DNA from: Dehalococcoidia bacterium
GTDB lineage: Bacteria > Chloroflexota > Dehalococcoidia > UBA2979
Length of the DNA stretch: 64,000 nucleotides
Direction: 5' to 3'
Assembly: GCA_965262725.1 (NCBI GenBank)
Contig: OZ253555.1
Span: 2,848,001 to 2,912,000 of the forward strand
The notes beneath the pieces were generated by a model. It was not told where the DNA came from. It did not search any database and saw only the letters and a list, made by a program, of their open reading frames with translations. How positions within the stretch are numbered: the first letter of the stretch is position 1; each line of letters begins with the position of its first letter. Both the position numbers and the translations under genes were made by a program. Positions 28,143 to 37,011 of the stretch are shown piece by piece.

Positions 28143-29021
28143 CTAGAAGCCGGGGTCCGGCGGTTCCGCCGGCAGCTCGGTGGATGGGAACCCCGCCGGC
28201 CAGCCGACGTACTCCGCTGCGTTTCCGCCGAGCACGAGGTCGAGTTCTGCGGCCGGGAAGTCGGCGAGCGCCGCGCGCACCAGTTCGAGCTCCTCCGGGT
28301 AGCGCGCACGGCCCCGGGCGAGCTGCTGTGTGTGATCGCTCGCCCAGAGGAGGCGCCCGGGCCCGTACTCGGCGAGCAGCCGCCGCACCAGACCGTGCGT
28401 GTCGGCGAAGGGGGCGTGCTCGCGCGAGCGCGAGGCGAGCGTCGAGAGCTTGACGGCGACGTTTCGGAAGCGCGAGAGGGAGAGCATGACCGCGAATTGC
28501 TCCTCATCGATACCGCCGTGGATGCGCGGCAGTCCGAGGTGGTCGACGATAAGCCTGAGCTCCGGATGCCGCTCGAGCGCGCGCTGCGCCATCTCCAGAC
28601 GGCCGGGGAAGAAGCCCGCGACCGGGAGCCCGCAGCGCTCGGCCGCGGCCCAGAACGGCTCCAGGCGCTCGTCGGGCCAGGCGTCCTGCTCGGTGTCGCG
28701 GAAATGGACGCGGACGCCCACCATTCCGGGCTGCTCCCGCCAGCGTGCAACCTGCTCCTCAATGTCGGGCGCGCCCGCGTCCAAGAGCCCCATCACGGCG
28801 AAGCACTCCGGCCAGCTCCGCGCGCATTCCAGCGCGAAGTCGTTCCGCACGCCCATGATCGCCGGGGGCACGATGACCACCCGATCGACGCCGGCCTCCT
28901 CCATCAGCGGCAGCATCCGCTCGGGGCCGAACGGTTCGGGCAAGCTCGGCGTACGGTCGGGGCGCCACGGCCGGTCCGGGCGATTCCCCTCCCAGAGGTG
29001 CACCTGCATGTCGATGATCAC
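28143..29021 (-). CDS. Amidohydrolase_2 family protein
   Basis: IIDMQVH, GVDRVVIV, IVDHLG, AVKLS, YGPGRLLWASD; paralog of 8435. Confidence 0.9.
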   Translation of the reverse strand: MIIDMQVHLWEGNRPDRPWRPDRTPSLPEPFGPERMLPLMEEAGVDRVVIVPPAIMGVRNDFALECARSWPECFAVMGLLDAGAPDIEEQVARWREQPGMVGVRVHFRDTEQDAWPDERLEPFWAAAERCGLPVAGFFPGRLEMAQRALERHPELRLIVDHLGLPRIHGGIDEEQFAVMLSLSRFRNVAVKLSTLASRSREHAPFADTHGLVRRLLAEYGPGRLLWASDHTQQLARGRARYPEELELVRAALADFPAAELDLVLGGNAAEYVGWPAGFPSTELPAEPPDPGF

Positions 29022-29030
29022 GGGGCGATG

Positions 29031-30344
29031 CTACACGGCTGCGGCGGCGCGCTGCGGCGGCCGCACGAGGAGGACCACCACCATCCCGAGCAGCGCGGCC
29101 GCCGCCATCGTGAGCAGCACGCCGGTGTAACTCCCCGTCGCGTCGAAGTAGGCCGAGACGATGATGGGCCCGGAGGCGCTGAAGAGGAGGTTGAACGGCA
29201 TCGACGCGCCGCGGACCTGCCCGAGGTAGCGCCGACCAAAGAACGTCGCCCACAGCAGTTCCTGCATCGGGAGATTGCCGGCGATGCCGAGCCCGGCCAG
29301 GAGGAAGCCGGCGGCCACGGCGGGCCCGCTCCCGGCCTGTGCGGCGGGCACCACCGTGGCGATGCCGCCCGCGAGGCAAAGAAAGGCGGCGGAGGCCAGG
29401 AATCGCGGGTGGATGCGCTCCGCGAGCAACCCCCAGAACGGCCGTGTCACCAGCCCCGGGAAGGCAAACAGCCCGAGCATCGCCGACGCGGTGCTGCGCT
29501 CGAAGCCGGAGTCCGTCAGGTAGGGGATCGTCTGCGTCGCGATGGCGAGCAGCGAGAGACTGCTCATCCCGAAGGCGAAGATCAGCATCCACATCGTGCG
29601 CGTGCGCAGCGCCTGGCGGCGGGTGAGCGAGGAGTCGAAGTCGCGCCTCACGGCGTCGGCCGCGCCGCTGCGCAATTGCGCGGCGGTGCGGCCGTCCGGG
29701 TTCAGGCCATGATCCTCGGGACGGCGCCGCATGACCATCGCCGCAGGAAGCATCAGCGCCACGAAGCCGATCGCGAGAAGCTGCCACGCCATGCGCCAGC
29801 CCACGCCATCGACGAGCGCCGTCAGCACCGGGGGAACCACCACGCCCGAGAGCGAGATTCCCATCGCCGCGAAGCCGATGGCCCGGCCTCGGCGCTCGAC
29901 GAACCACTTTGACATCGTGACGTTCACGACCAGACCGCCGGCCAGGGCCGCGCCGAGCGCGGCCACGAGCCCCCGCACCACCACCCACTGCCAGAGCTCG
30001 GTGATCTGGGAGGAGCCGACGAGGGCCACCGCGGCAACGGCGGTCCCGATCAGCATGAGCGGCCGCGGCCCGCGCCGGTCGAGCAGGTGGCCGACGTACA
30101 TGCTGGTCACCGCCATCACGAACTGACCGATCGTGATCGCAAGGATGAACTGCGTGCGCGACCACCCGAGATCCTCGCTCATCGGCACGAGGAAGGGGCC
30201 CGTGCCGTAACCCTGCAGCGCGGAGCTCGCGAACATCGCCGCCGCGGCGGCGCCGACGATGTTCCAGCCGTAGAAGTAGCGCGGGCGGCGCCGCGGCGAG
30301 CGGCGGGCCGGGGGCAGCGGGGGGGCGGGTACTGCCTCGACCAC
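29031..30344 (-). CDS. MFS transporter (OFA/MCT-like)
   Basis: FYGWNIVGA, PMSEDLGWSR, KWFVERRGRAIG; paralog of 15230. Confidence 0.9.
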   Translation of the reverse strand: MVEAVPAPPLPPARRSPRRRPRYFYGWNIVGAAAAAMFASSALQGYGTGPFLVPMSEDLGWSRTQFILAITIGQFVMAVTSMYVGHLLDRRGPRPLMLIGTAVAAVALVGSSQITELWQWVVVRGLVAALGAALAGGLVVNVTMSKWFVERRGRAIGFAAMGISLSGVVVPPVLTALVDGVGWRMAWQLLAIGFVALMLPAAMVMRRRPEDHGLNPDGRTAAQLRSGAADAVRRDFDSSLTRRQALRTRTMWMLIFAFGMSSLSLLAIATQTIPYLTDSGFERSTASAMLGLFAFPGLVTRPFWGLLAERIHPRFLASAAFLCLAGGIATVVPAAQAGSGPAVAAGFLLAGLGIAGNLPMQELLWATFFGRRYLGQVRGASMPFNLLFSASGPIIVSAYFDATGSYTGVLLTMAAAALLGMVVVLLVRPPQRAAAAV

Positions 30345-30512
30345 GCTCGCCCTCAGTCCGTGCGCGCTCGTGATGGACGCGGGAGGCCAGAGCAGGGCCG
30401 GCCCGGCGGAGCGGCGTCACCCGCCGGAAGCCACCGGGGTGTGAGGCCCGCCTTCGAGTCGCCCCCGCGGGCTACCCGCCCGGCCGGACGTGCCGGCTGG
30501 ATCGGCCTTCGG

Positions 30513-31337
30513 CTAGGAGAACTCGCCGCTGTTGAAGGCGTCGATCCCCTCCCGCATCCCACGCTCGCGCATCGCCTTTTGCATCACCTTGACCGGCTCC
30601 GAGTAGTGGAGCATCGCGTCGAATTCCTGCCCGAAGCGGATCGCCGTGCTGAAGCCCCGGATGTCCATCGTCCGGTTCACGCCGAGCTTCTTGATGCGGA
30701 GGATCTTGCTCGGCACGTTCGCGATGCGCTCCGCCATCTGGCGGACCGTCTCCTCCAGCTGATCGGCGGGGACGGCGCGGTTCGCCCAGCCCCACTCGGC
30801 CGCCGTGGTGCCGCTGATCTGGCTTCCGACCGTGAACGACATCTCCTTCGCCCGCTTGGGTCCCACGAGCCACGTCCACATCGGCGAGATGTAGCCGCCG
30901 CCCACCGGGATCGAGGGGAAGCCGATGCGCGCATCCTCCGCCACCACCGTGATGTCGCAGACGACGCAGATCTGCGTCGCGATGCCGAGGCAGTAGCCGT
31001 GTACCTGGGCGATGATGGGCTTCGGATGGTTCCAGATGCGGAGATAGCGGTCGACGCTCCGCTCAAGCTTCTCATGGTCGTCGACCACATCCTCCACCAC
31101 CACCTCGGCCGAGGCGTTGCCGGGTCCGGTGAAGTCGGCGCCGGCTGAGAAGGCGCGCCCGTTGCCGCGCACGATCAGCACGCGCACCTCGGGGTCGTTC
31201 CGGCCACGCTCGAGCGCCTCGTCGAACTGGAGAAGCGCCGGGCCGGAGAGCGCGTTCAGGATCTCCGTGCGGTTGAAGGTGATATAGCCGAGCCGCCCCT
31301 CGGGCTCGTAGAGAACCATTCGCTCCTCGTTGCTCAT
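30513..31337 (-). CDS. Enoyl-CoA hydratase/isomerase (crotonase) family protein
   Basis: ITFNRTEILNALS, GRAFSAGAD, PKPIIAQVHGYCLG, VGPKRAKEM. Confidence 0.92.
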   Translation of the reverse strand: MSNEERMVLYEPEGRLGYITFNRTEILNALSGPALLQFDEALERGRNDPEVRVLIVRGNGRAFSAGADFTGPGNASAEVVVEDVVDDHEKLERSVDRYLRIWNHPKPIIAQVHGYCLGIATQICVVCDITVVAEDARIGFPSIPVGGGYISPMWTWLVGPKRAKEMSFTVGSQISGTTAAEWGWANRAVPADQLEETVRQMAERIANVPSKILRIKKLGVNRTMDIRGFSTAIRFGQEFDAMLHYSEPVKVMQKAMRERGMREGIDAFNSGEFS

Positions 31338-31456
31338 CGGGCACCCTCTCGCTGCGCTCCTCGCGTGGTCGCGAGTATACGCACTGCCACCGGCAAGTCG
31401 CGGGTGAGGTCTGCCTCGTATGCTGGCGGGAACGTCAGGCGTGGAAGGGGGTCGGC

Positions 31457-32563
31457 GTGACGGACGGGAGCTGGGCGCGGGAGTGGGACGCCACCATCGC
31501 GGCGGTCGGCACCGACTACGGCGGGGAGCGCGTGGTCGTCGCCGTCGACGAGGTCGAGCGCGGCGCCATTCGCCGCTACTGCGAGGTGCTCGAGTTCGAC
31601 TGCCCGTTGCACTACGACGACGCGATCGCGCGCTCGGTCGGCTATCAAGGGATCGTCGCGCCCGTTTCGGGCATCTCCCAGACGTGGACGCGCGAGGCGC
31701 ACTGGCGCCCGGGCATGCCGACCCGCTACCCCGTGCTCGATCCCGACGCCGAGGTGCTGAGGGAGAACGTGCGCTTCGCGGGGCCGCCCGAGCCCCCGAC
31801 GTCCCTCAGCTTCGTGACCGACCTCGCCATCGAATACCTCGCGCCGGTCTACGTCGGCGACCGGCTCTCCCGCCGCGGCCACCGGTTGGTTTCGGTGCTT
31901 CCGAAGGAGACGAGCATCGGCCGCGGCGCCTTCCTCACCTACGAGAGCGAGGTGCGGAATCAGCGCGGCGAGCTCGTGGCGCGCAGCCACAACGGCGGCT
32001 ACCACTACACGCCCTTCCCCGCCGCGGAGCGGAGGGCGACGCCGGTCGATCCCGTCGCGACGCCGGCGGACGCGGAGGGGATCTTCCCCGAGACGCCTGC
32101 GTGGGCTCAGACCCCGTCCGTCGACTGGTCCGAGCAGCGCTACTTCGAGGACGTGGCCGAGGGCGACCCGGTGCCCGCGGTGGGATTCCCGCTCACGATC
32201 GCGCGACTCGTGATGGAGGCCGCCGCCAACCTCGACTTCAGCCGCGTGCACCACAACGCGGCCGCCGCGCGCCGCACGGGCGCCCCCGACATGTACGCGA
32301 ACAACGTCTTCGTGCAGGGCTGGTGGGAGCGCACCGCGCGCGAGTTCATCGGCCTGCGCGGGGTGATCAAGCGGGTCGGGCCGTTCCGCATGCGCATCTT
32401 CAACACCGTCGGCGAGACGGTCACGACGAGCGGCGTCGTGCGACGATGCTGGCGTGAGGGCGGCGAGGGGCTGGTCCAGCTCGAGCTGCAGAGCGAGATC
32501 TCCCGCGGCGTCTCGGTCGGCCCGGGGCCCGTCGTCGTCTCGCTCCCGACGCGCGGAGCCTAG
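31457..32563 (+). CDS. Fused double hot-dog MaoC-like dehydratase
   Basis: N-domain VERGAIRRYCE...PLHYD...APVYVGD; C-domain YFEDVAEGD...NLDFSRVHH. Confidence 0.85.
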   Translation: MTDGSWAREWDATIAAVGTDYGGERVVVAVDEVERGAIRRYCEVLEFDCPLHYDDAIARSVGYQGIVAPVSGISQTWTREAHWRPGMPTRYPVLDPDAEVLRENVRFAGPPEPPTSLSFVTDLAIEYLAPVYVGDRLSRRGHRLVSVLPKETSIGRGAFLTYESEVRNQRGELVARSHNGGYHYTPFPAAERRATPVDPVATPADAEGIFPETPAWAQTPSVDWSEQRYFEDVAEGDPVPAVGFPLTIARLVMEAAANLDFSRVHHNAAAARRTGAPDMYANNVFVQGWWERTAREFIGLRGVIKRVGPFRMRIFNTVGETVTTSGVVRRCWREGGEGLVQLELQSEISRGVSVGPGPVVVSLPTRGA

Positions 32564-32615
32564 TCCGGGCGTCGGCCCCGCCCGCGGACTCTCCGCGGAG
32601 CCGCGCCCGCAGTTG

Positions 32616-33128
32616 CTAGTCGAAGTCGCGGAGGACGATCGCGTTTGATCCGTGCCAGCCCTCGGCGCGGACGTACTCGGGCGTGACGCTGATGACGTAG
32701 AGCGTCTCCTCGGGCGGATGGCCCCGCGGGTTGCCGCCGGCGGCGGCGCGGCGCGCGTAGAAGGCGGCGACCTCGTCCTGATCCTCGATCAGCTCGGCGC
32801 GGCCCTGCATCCAGACCACGCGCGGGTTCCAGCCCAAGCCCCAGTCGGAGCGGCCCTCGCGGCCGACCCAGAGATAGCCGACCACCGGGTCGCGGCGGAC
32901 GTGCTGGGTCTTCGGCTGGACGTCCTGCGTCATCGTCCCGACACGCCACCCGTCGACGAACGTCCCGACTGGCCGCATGATCGGCCGCCCGTCGCGCCGG
33001 CGCGTCATCAGGTACGCCATGTGCTGGCTTCGGTCGGAGATGAAGGAATGCACCGCCTCGCGGTAGCTCTCCGCCTCCTCTGCGCCCAGCCCGCGCTCTC
33101 GATCCCAGACTCGTCCCTCGCTGGTCAC
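32616..33128 (-). CDS. Pyridoxamine 5'-phosphate oxidase-like split-barrel protein
   Basis: LMTRRRDGRPIMRPV, KTQHVRRDPVV, MQGRAELIED. Confidence 0.75.
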   Translation of the reverse strand: MTSEGRVWDRERGLGAEEAESYREAVHSFISDRSQHMAYLMTRRRDGRPIMRPVGTFVDGWRVGTMTQDVQPKTQHVRRDPVVGYLWVGREGRSDWGLGWNPRVVWMQGRAELIEDQDEVAAFYARRAAAGGNPRGHPPEETLYVISVTPEYVRAEGWHGSNAIVLRDFD

Positions 33129-33236
33129 GAGCCCCTCCCTTCCGGCGGGGGCATCCTAGCAGCCGGAGCCCCGGCGAACGGTCGCGTACGAGCGTCTAGA
33201 CTGCGCCAACGCGAGTCCCGGGGGAGGTGTAGCACG

Positions 33237-34754
33237 GTGGGCAAGCACGCGGCGTACGATCTGGCGGTCGTCGGAGGCGACGTGGTCTTCCCCGGCCGCG
33301 GGGTCCGGCGCGTGGAGATCGGCATCACCGGCGAGCGCATCGCCGCGATCGCGGAGCGGCTCGCCGGCCCGGCCGCGCGCACGATCGACGCGAGCGGCAA
33401 GCTCGTCTTTCCCGGCCTCGTCGACTCGCACGTCCACCTGGGAATCTTCCGGCCGCTGGCCGACGATGCGCCCGCAGAGACGGAGAGCGCCGTCGCGGGC
33501 GGTGTGACCACCTCGCTCGTCTACTACCGCGCCGGCCGCAACAACCTCGTCTCCGACGAGACGCCGGAGCTGCCCGCGGGGTACCTGGCGCTGCTGCCCG
33601 GGCTGCTGGCCGAGTCGGACGGAGCGTTCCGCTGCGATTACGGCTACCACATCGCGCCGGTCACGCGGGACCACGCGGAGGAAGTGCCGGCGCTCGCCCG
33701 TCGCCACGGCATCACCGGCTTCAAGTACTACATGCACTACACGGGCGTGACCCCCGCGCAGTACGAGAGCGGCCTTCATCCTGAGAAGGAATTCCTCTTC
33801 TCCGACGTGCCCTACGACCTGGGTTACCTGCGCCGCGTGATGGAGCGCGTCGCCGAGGCGAACCGGACGGCGCCGGCGGGTGCCCCGCCGGCGCGCGTCT
33901 GCGTGCACGCGGAGAGCCCCGCCCTCATCCGCGAGGGCACGGAAACGGTACTCGCGGCCCTGGCCGCCGGCGCGGACGAGGCGCCAAGCCCGCTCGAGGC
34001 GTACTCCCAGAGCCGGCCGACCGGCGGCGAGCGACTCGGGATTCTCGATGCCGCGGAGCTCGCGGCGCAGGCCGGCGCGCCGCTCACCGTGCTGCACGCG
34101 TCGAGCGCAGACGCCCTCAACGCCGTGCGGGAGGCACGGGCCCGCTACCCCAACGTCGACATCGCCTGCGAGGCGACGGTTCACCATCTCTCGCTCGCCG
34201 CCGCCGAGCTCACGGGCTGGGAGGCGAAGGTGAATCCCCCTCTCCGCGCGGCCGCCGACCGGGATGCGCTCTGGGAGGGGATCGCCGACGGCTCGGTGCA
34301 GACCATCGCCTCCGACCACGCGGCGATCGCGAGCTCGCTCAAGGCGGGGGACGTGTGGGCGGCCTGGTACGGCTTCGGCGGGAACGAGCTGCTGCTTCCC
34401 GCGGCGATCACGGAGGGACACCTGCGGCGGGGCGTGCCGCTCGAGCGGATCGCAGAGACCCTCACGCTCGCGCCGGCGCGCTTGCACGGCCTCGCCGGCC
34501 GCAAAGGAGACATCGCGGTCGGACTCGATGCCGATCTCGCCATCTGCGACCCGGAGGCGGAGCACGCGGTCGACCCGGCCTCGCTCCACTCGGCACAGGA
34601 CTTCTCACCCTTCGAGGGGAGGGTCCTGCGCGGCTGGGTGGGCACGACGATCCTCCGGGGCGAGGTCTGCTACGAACGGGGGCGCGTCGTGGGACCGCCG
34701 CGCGGGCGCCACCTGCGTCCGGAGGCGATCCGCCCGACGGTGCCGCAACAGTAG
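33237..34754 (+). CDS. Dihydroorotase/allantoinase-family cyclic amidohydrolase
   Basis: IDASGKLVFPGLVDSHVH, AGGVTT, GFKYY, VHAE, KVNPPLR, ASDHA, DADLAICD. Confidence 0.9.
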   Translation: MGKHAAYDLAVVGGDVVFPGRGVRRVEIGITGERIAAIAERLAGPAARTIDASGKLVFPGLVDSHVHLGIFRPLADDAPAETESAVAGGVTTSLVYYRAGRNNLVSDETPELPAGYLALLPGLLAESDGAFRCDYGYHIAPVTRDHAEEVPALARRHGITGFKYYMHYTGVTPAQYESGLHPEKEFLFSDVPYDLGYLRRVMERVAEANRTAPAGAPPARVCVHAESPALIREGTETVLAALAAGADEAPSPLEAYSQSRPTGGERLGILDAAELAAQAGAPLTVLHASSADALNAVREARARYPNVDIACEATVHHLSLAAAELTGWEAKVNPPLRAAADRDALWEGIADGSVQTIASDHAAIASSLKAGDVWAAWYGFGGNELLLPAAITEGHLRRGVPLERIAETLTLAPARLHGLAGRKGDIAVGLDADLAICDPEAEHAVDPASLHSAQDFSPFEGRVLRGWVGTTILRGEVCYERGRVVGPPRGRHLRPEAIRPTVPQQ

Positions 34755-34790
34755 TCCACCGTGCGGACGTCGCGCGCCCGCGGCGGCTCG

Positions 34791-35591
34791 CTACGCCCGC
34801 TCGAAGATGAGCTGGAACTCCAGCACGCCTCGGTCCTCGATGGAGAGCACGATCGGGGCGGACGGCGCCACGATGTCGTAATCCGAGAACTCGATCTCCG
34901 TCGAGCCGACGACGACGACGAGCCCATCCGAGAGCTGCCCCTCGAGGGCGATCTCGACGGCGCGCGTGACGCCGTGCAGCGTCAGCTCACCGGCGGCCGC
35001 CGCGGCGATGGGGACGCCCTCCTGAGGCGGCCCGTCGATCGTGATCGGCCCGGTCAGCTCGAAGGTCGCCGTCGGGAAGCGAGAGGTCTCGATCCCGCGA
35101 CCACGCAGCGTGCGATCCCGCCGCGAATCGTCACTCACGAGCTGCGTGAGATCTGCCTCGATGCTGACCACCGTGATCGCGGAGCCGTCGAACTCGAGCG
35201 TGCCGGTCACGGCGCCGCTGCGGCCGACCGCCGCCTTGGCGCCAATGCCGACGAGTTCCTCCCTGACCCGGTAGCCGACAAAGGAGTCACCGCCCGCGAC
35301 GAGCCGCCAGATGCCCTCGAGTCCCTCCTCCACGCTCCCGCTCGAGCCGCCGCCCGAGGCCGTCGTCGGCGCGGGCACCGCGACGGCGGCCGTCGGCGCG
35401 ACGGTCGCGGCGGCGGCCGGCGTCGCAGCCGTCGATGAGACGGCATCGGCGAGGCTCACCGGCGGCGGGGCCTCCTCGCGGAGGACGAAATACCAGAGCG
35501 CGAAGGCAACGGAGGCGACCACGACGAGCGCCCCGGCCCCGCCCATCCAGAACCTGCGTGTCGTCACGTCCAGCCCGAACCTCACGCGCAC
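34791..35591 (-). CDS. YceI family protein with N-terminal membrane anchor
   Basis: SFVGYRVRE, LVSDDSRRD, FPTATF, GELTLHGVTR. Confidence 0.88.
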   Translation of the reverse strand: MRVRFGLDVTTRRFWMGGAGALVVVASVAFALWYFVLREEAPPPVSLADAVSSTAATPAAAATVAPTAAVAVPAPTTASGGGSSGSVEEGLEGIWRLVAGGDSFVGYRVREELVGIGAKAAVGRSGAVTGTLEFDGSAITVVSIEADLTQLVSDDSRRDRTLRGRGIETSRFPTATFELTGPITIDGPPQEGVPIAAAAAGELTLHGVTRAVEIALEGQLSDGLVVVVGSTEIEFSDYDIVAPSAPIVLSIEDRGVLEFQLIFERA

Positions 35592-35669
35592 TCCCTTTCC
35601 GGCCGCCGGCGCCCGCACGCGGCGTCGCAGCCGTCGGGGATGCTCCGGCACTGTGGGATCGGCGCGGCC

Positions 35670-36896
35670 CTAGCCGCGGGGCAATCCGAGACCGCGCGTC
35701 GCGATCACGTTGCGCTGCACCTCGGAGCTGCCGCCTGCGATCGTGCCGGGGACGCCGCGCACCCAGCCGCGCGTGAACCGCGCCTCGTAAGGCGTGTACG
35801 GATCCTCCGGGTCCCAGAGATTGCCGTAGAGACCGAAGACCTTCACCCCGTCGTTATCGAGCTCGCGCGAGACCTCCGAGCCGAAGAGCTTCGAGACCGA
35901 GGCCTCGTAGTTCGGAACCTGTCCCTGCGCCTGGATGGTGATGATCCGCAGGGAGAAGTTCAACATCACCCCGGCCTCGACGAAGTGGTGCGCGATCCGC
36001 TGTCGCACGGAGTCGAGATCGCCGATCCGGGACTTCGTCCCTCCCTCGTCGCTCCCGACGTACCCGAGCAGCTGACGGATGGTGCGCTCCATGCGCACGG
36101 CGCCGGCGATGTTCGAGCGCTCGTTGTCGAGCAGCGTCATCGCGACGTACCAGCCGCGGTTCTCCTCGCCGACGATGTGATCGGCCGGGATCCGCACGTC
36201 CTCGAAGAAGGTCTCGTTGACCTCGTGCCCCCAGCCCATGTCGATGATGGGGCGGACGGTGACGCCCGGCGAGTACTTGTCGACGAGCAGGAACGAGATC
36301 CCCCGGTGCTTCGGGGCGTCGGGATCGGTGCGGGTGAGCAGGAGCACCCAGTCCGCGTAGTGACCGTGGGTGGTCCAAATCTTCTGGCCGTTGATCACAT
36401 ACTCGTCGCCGTCGCGGACGGCGCGCGTCTGCAGGGAGGCGAGATCGGAGCCGGCGCCCGGCTCCGAGAATCCCTGCGCCCACACGACCTCGCCCTTGAG
36501 GATCGGGGGCAGGAAGCGCCTCTTCTGCTCCTCGGTCCCGTGCACGATGAGCGCCGGGCCGAGCATCCCGATGCCGACGTTGGAGCCGGCGCCCGGCGCG
36601 TTGGAGTCGGCGATCACCTGGTTGAGAATGAACTGCTCCATCGGCGAGAGGCCGCCCCCGCCGTACTCCCGCGGCCAGTGCGGGGCGACCCAGCCCCGCT
36701 CGGCGAACGCAGCGAGCCAGTTCGCCGCGTCCTCCTTCGCCGCCGGATCATCGGAGATGCGGTCGCGCGCCCACTGCGTATAAGAGCCCGGCCAGTCGTG
36801 CTTTGCCATCTCCCGATAGCGCTCCGGCATGTGCCCGATGAGGTCGCGCACGTCGCCGCGGAAAGCCGCCTGCTCGGTTGTGTCGGTCCAGTCCAT
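35670..36896 (-). CDS. Acyl-CoA dehydrogenase family protein
   Basis: WPREYGG, QGFSEPGAGSDLASL, NGQKIWT, KHRGIS, TIAGGSSEVQRNVIATRGLGLPRG. Confidence 0.95.
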   Translation of the reverse strand: MDWTDTTEQAAFRGDVRDLIGHMPERYREMAKHDWPGSYTQWARDRISDDPAAKEDAANWLAAFAERGWVAPHWPREYGGGGLSPMEQFILNQVIADSNAPGAGSNVGIGMLGPALIVHGTEEQKRRFLPPILKGEVVWAQGFSEPGAGSDLASLQTRAVRDGDEYVINGQKIWTTHGHYADWVLLLTRTDPDAPKHRGISFLLVDKYSPGVTVRPIIDMGWGHEVNETFFEDVRIPADHIVGEENRGWYVAMTLLDNERSNIAGAVRMERTIRQLLGYVGSDEGGTKSRIGDLDSVRQRIAHHFVEAGVMLNFSLRIITIQAQGQVPNYEASVSKLFGSEVSRELDNDGVKVFGLYGNLWDPEDPYTPYEARFTRGWVRGVPGTIAGGSSEVQRNVIATRGLGLPRG

Positions 36897-37011
36897 CTCG
36901 TGCCTCCCGGGCCCGGCGGCGCGATCGCCGAGGGTTTCGCGGCGCCGCACGCCGCGTCGAGCATTCTGGCAGCTTTGGGCCCGCGCCGCGACCGGGCGGG
37001 GAGGGAGTGCT

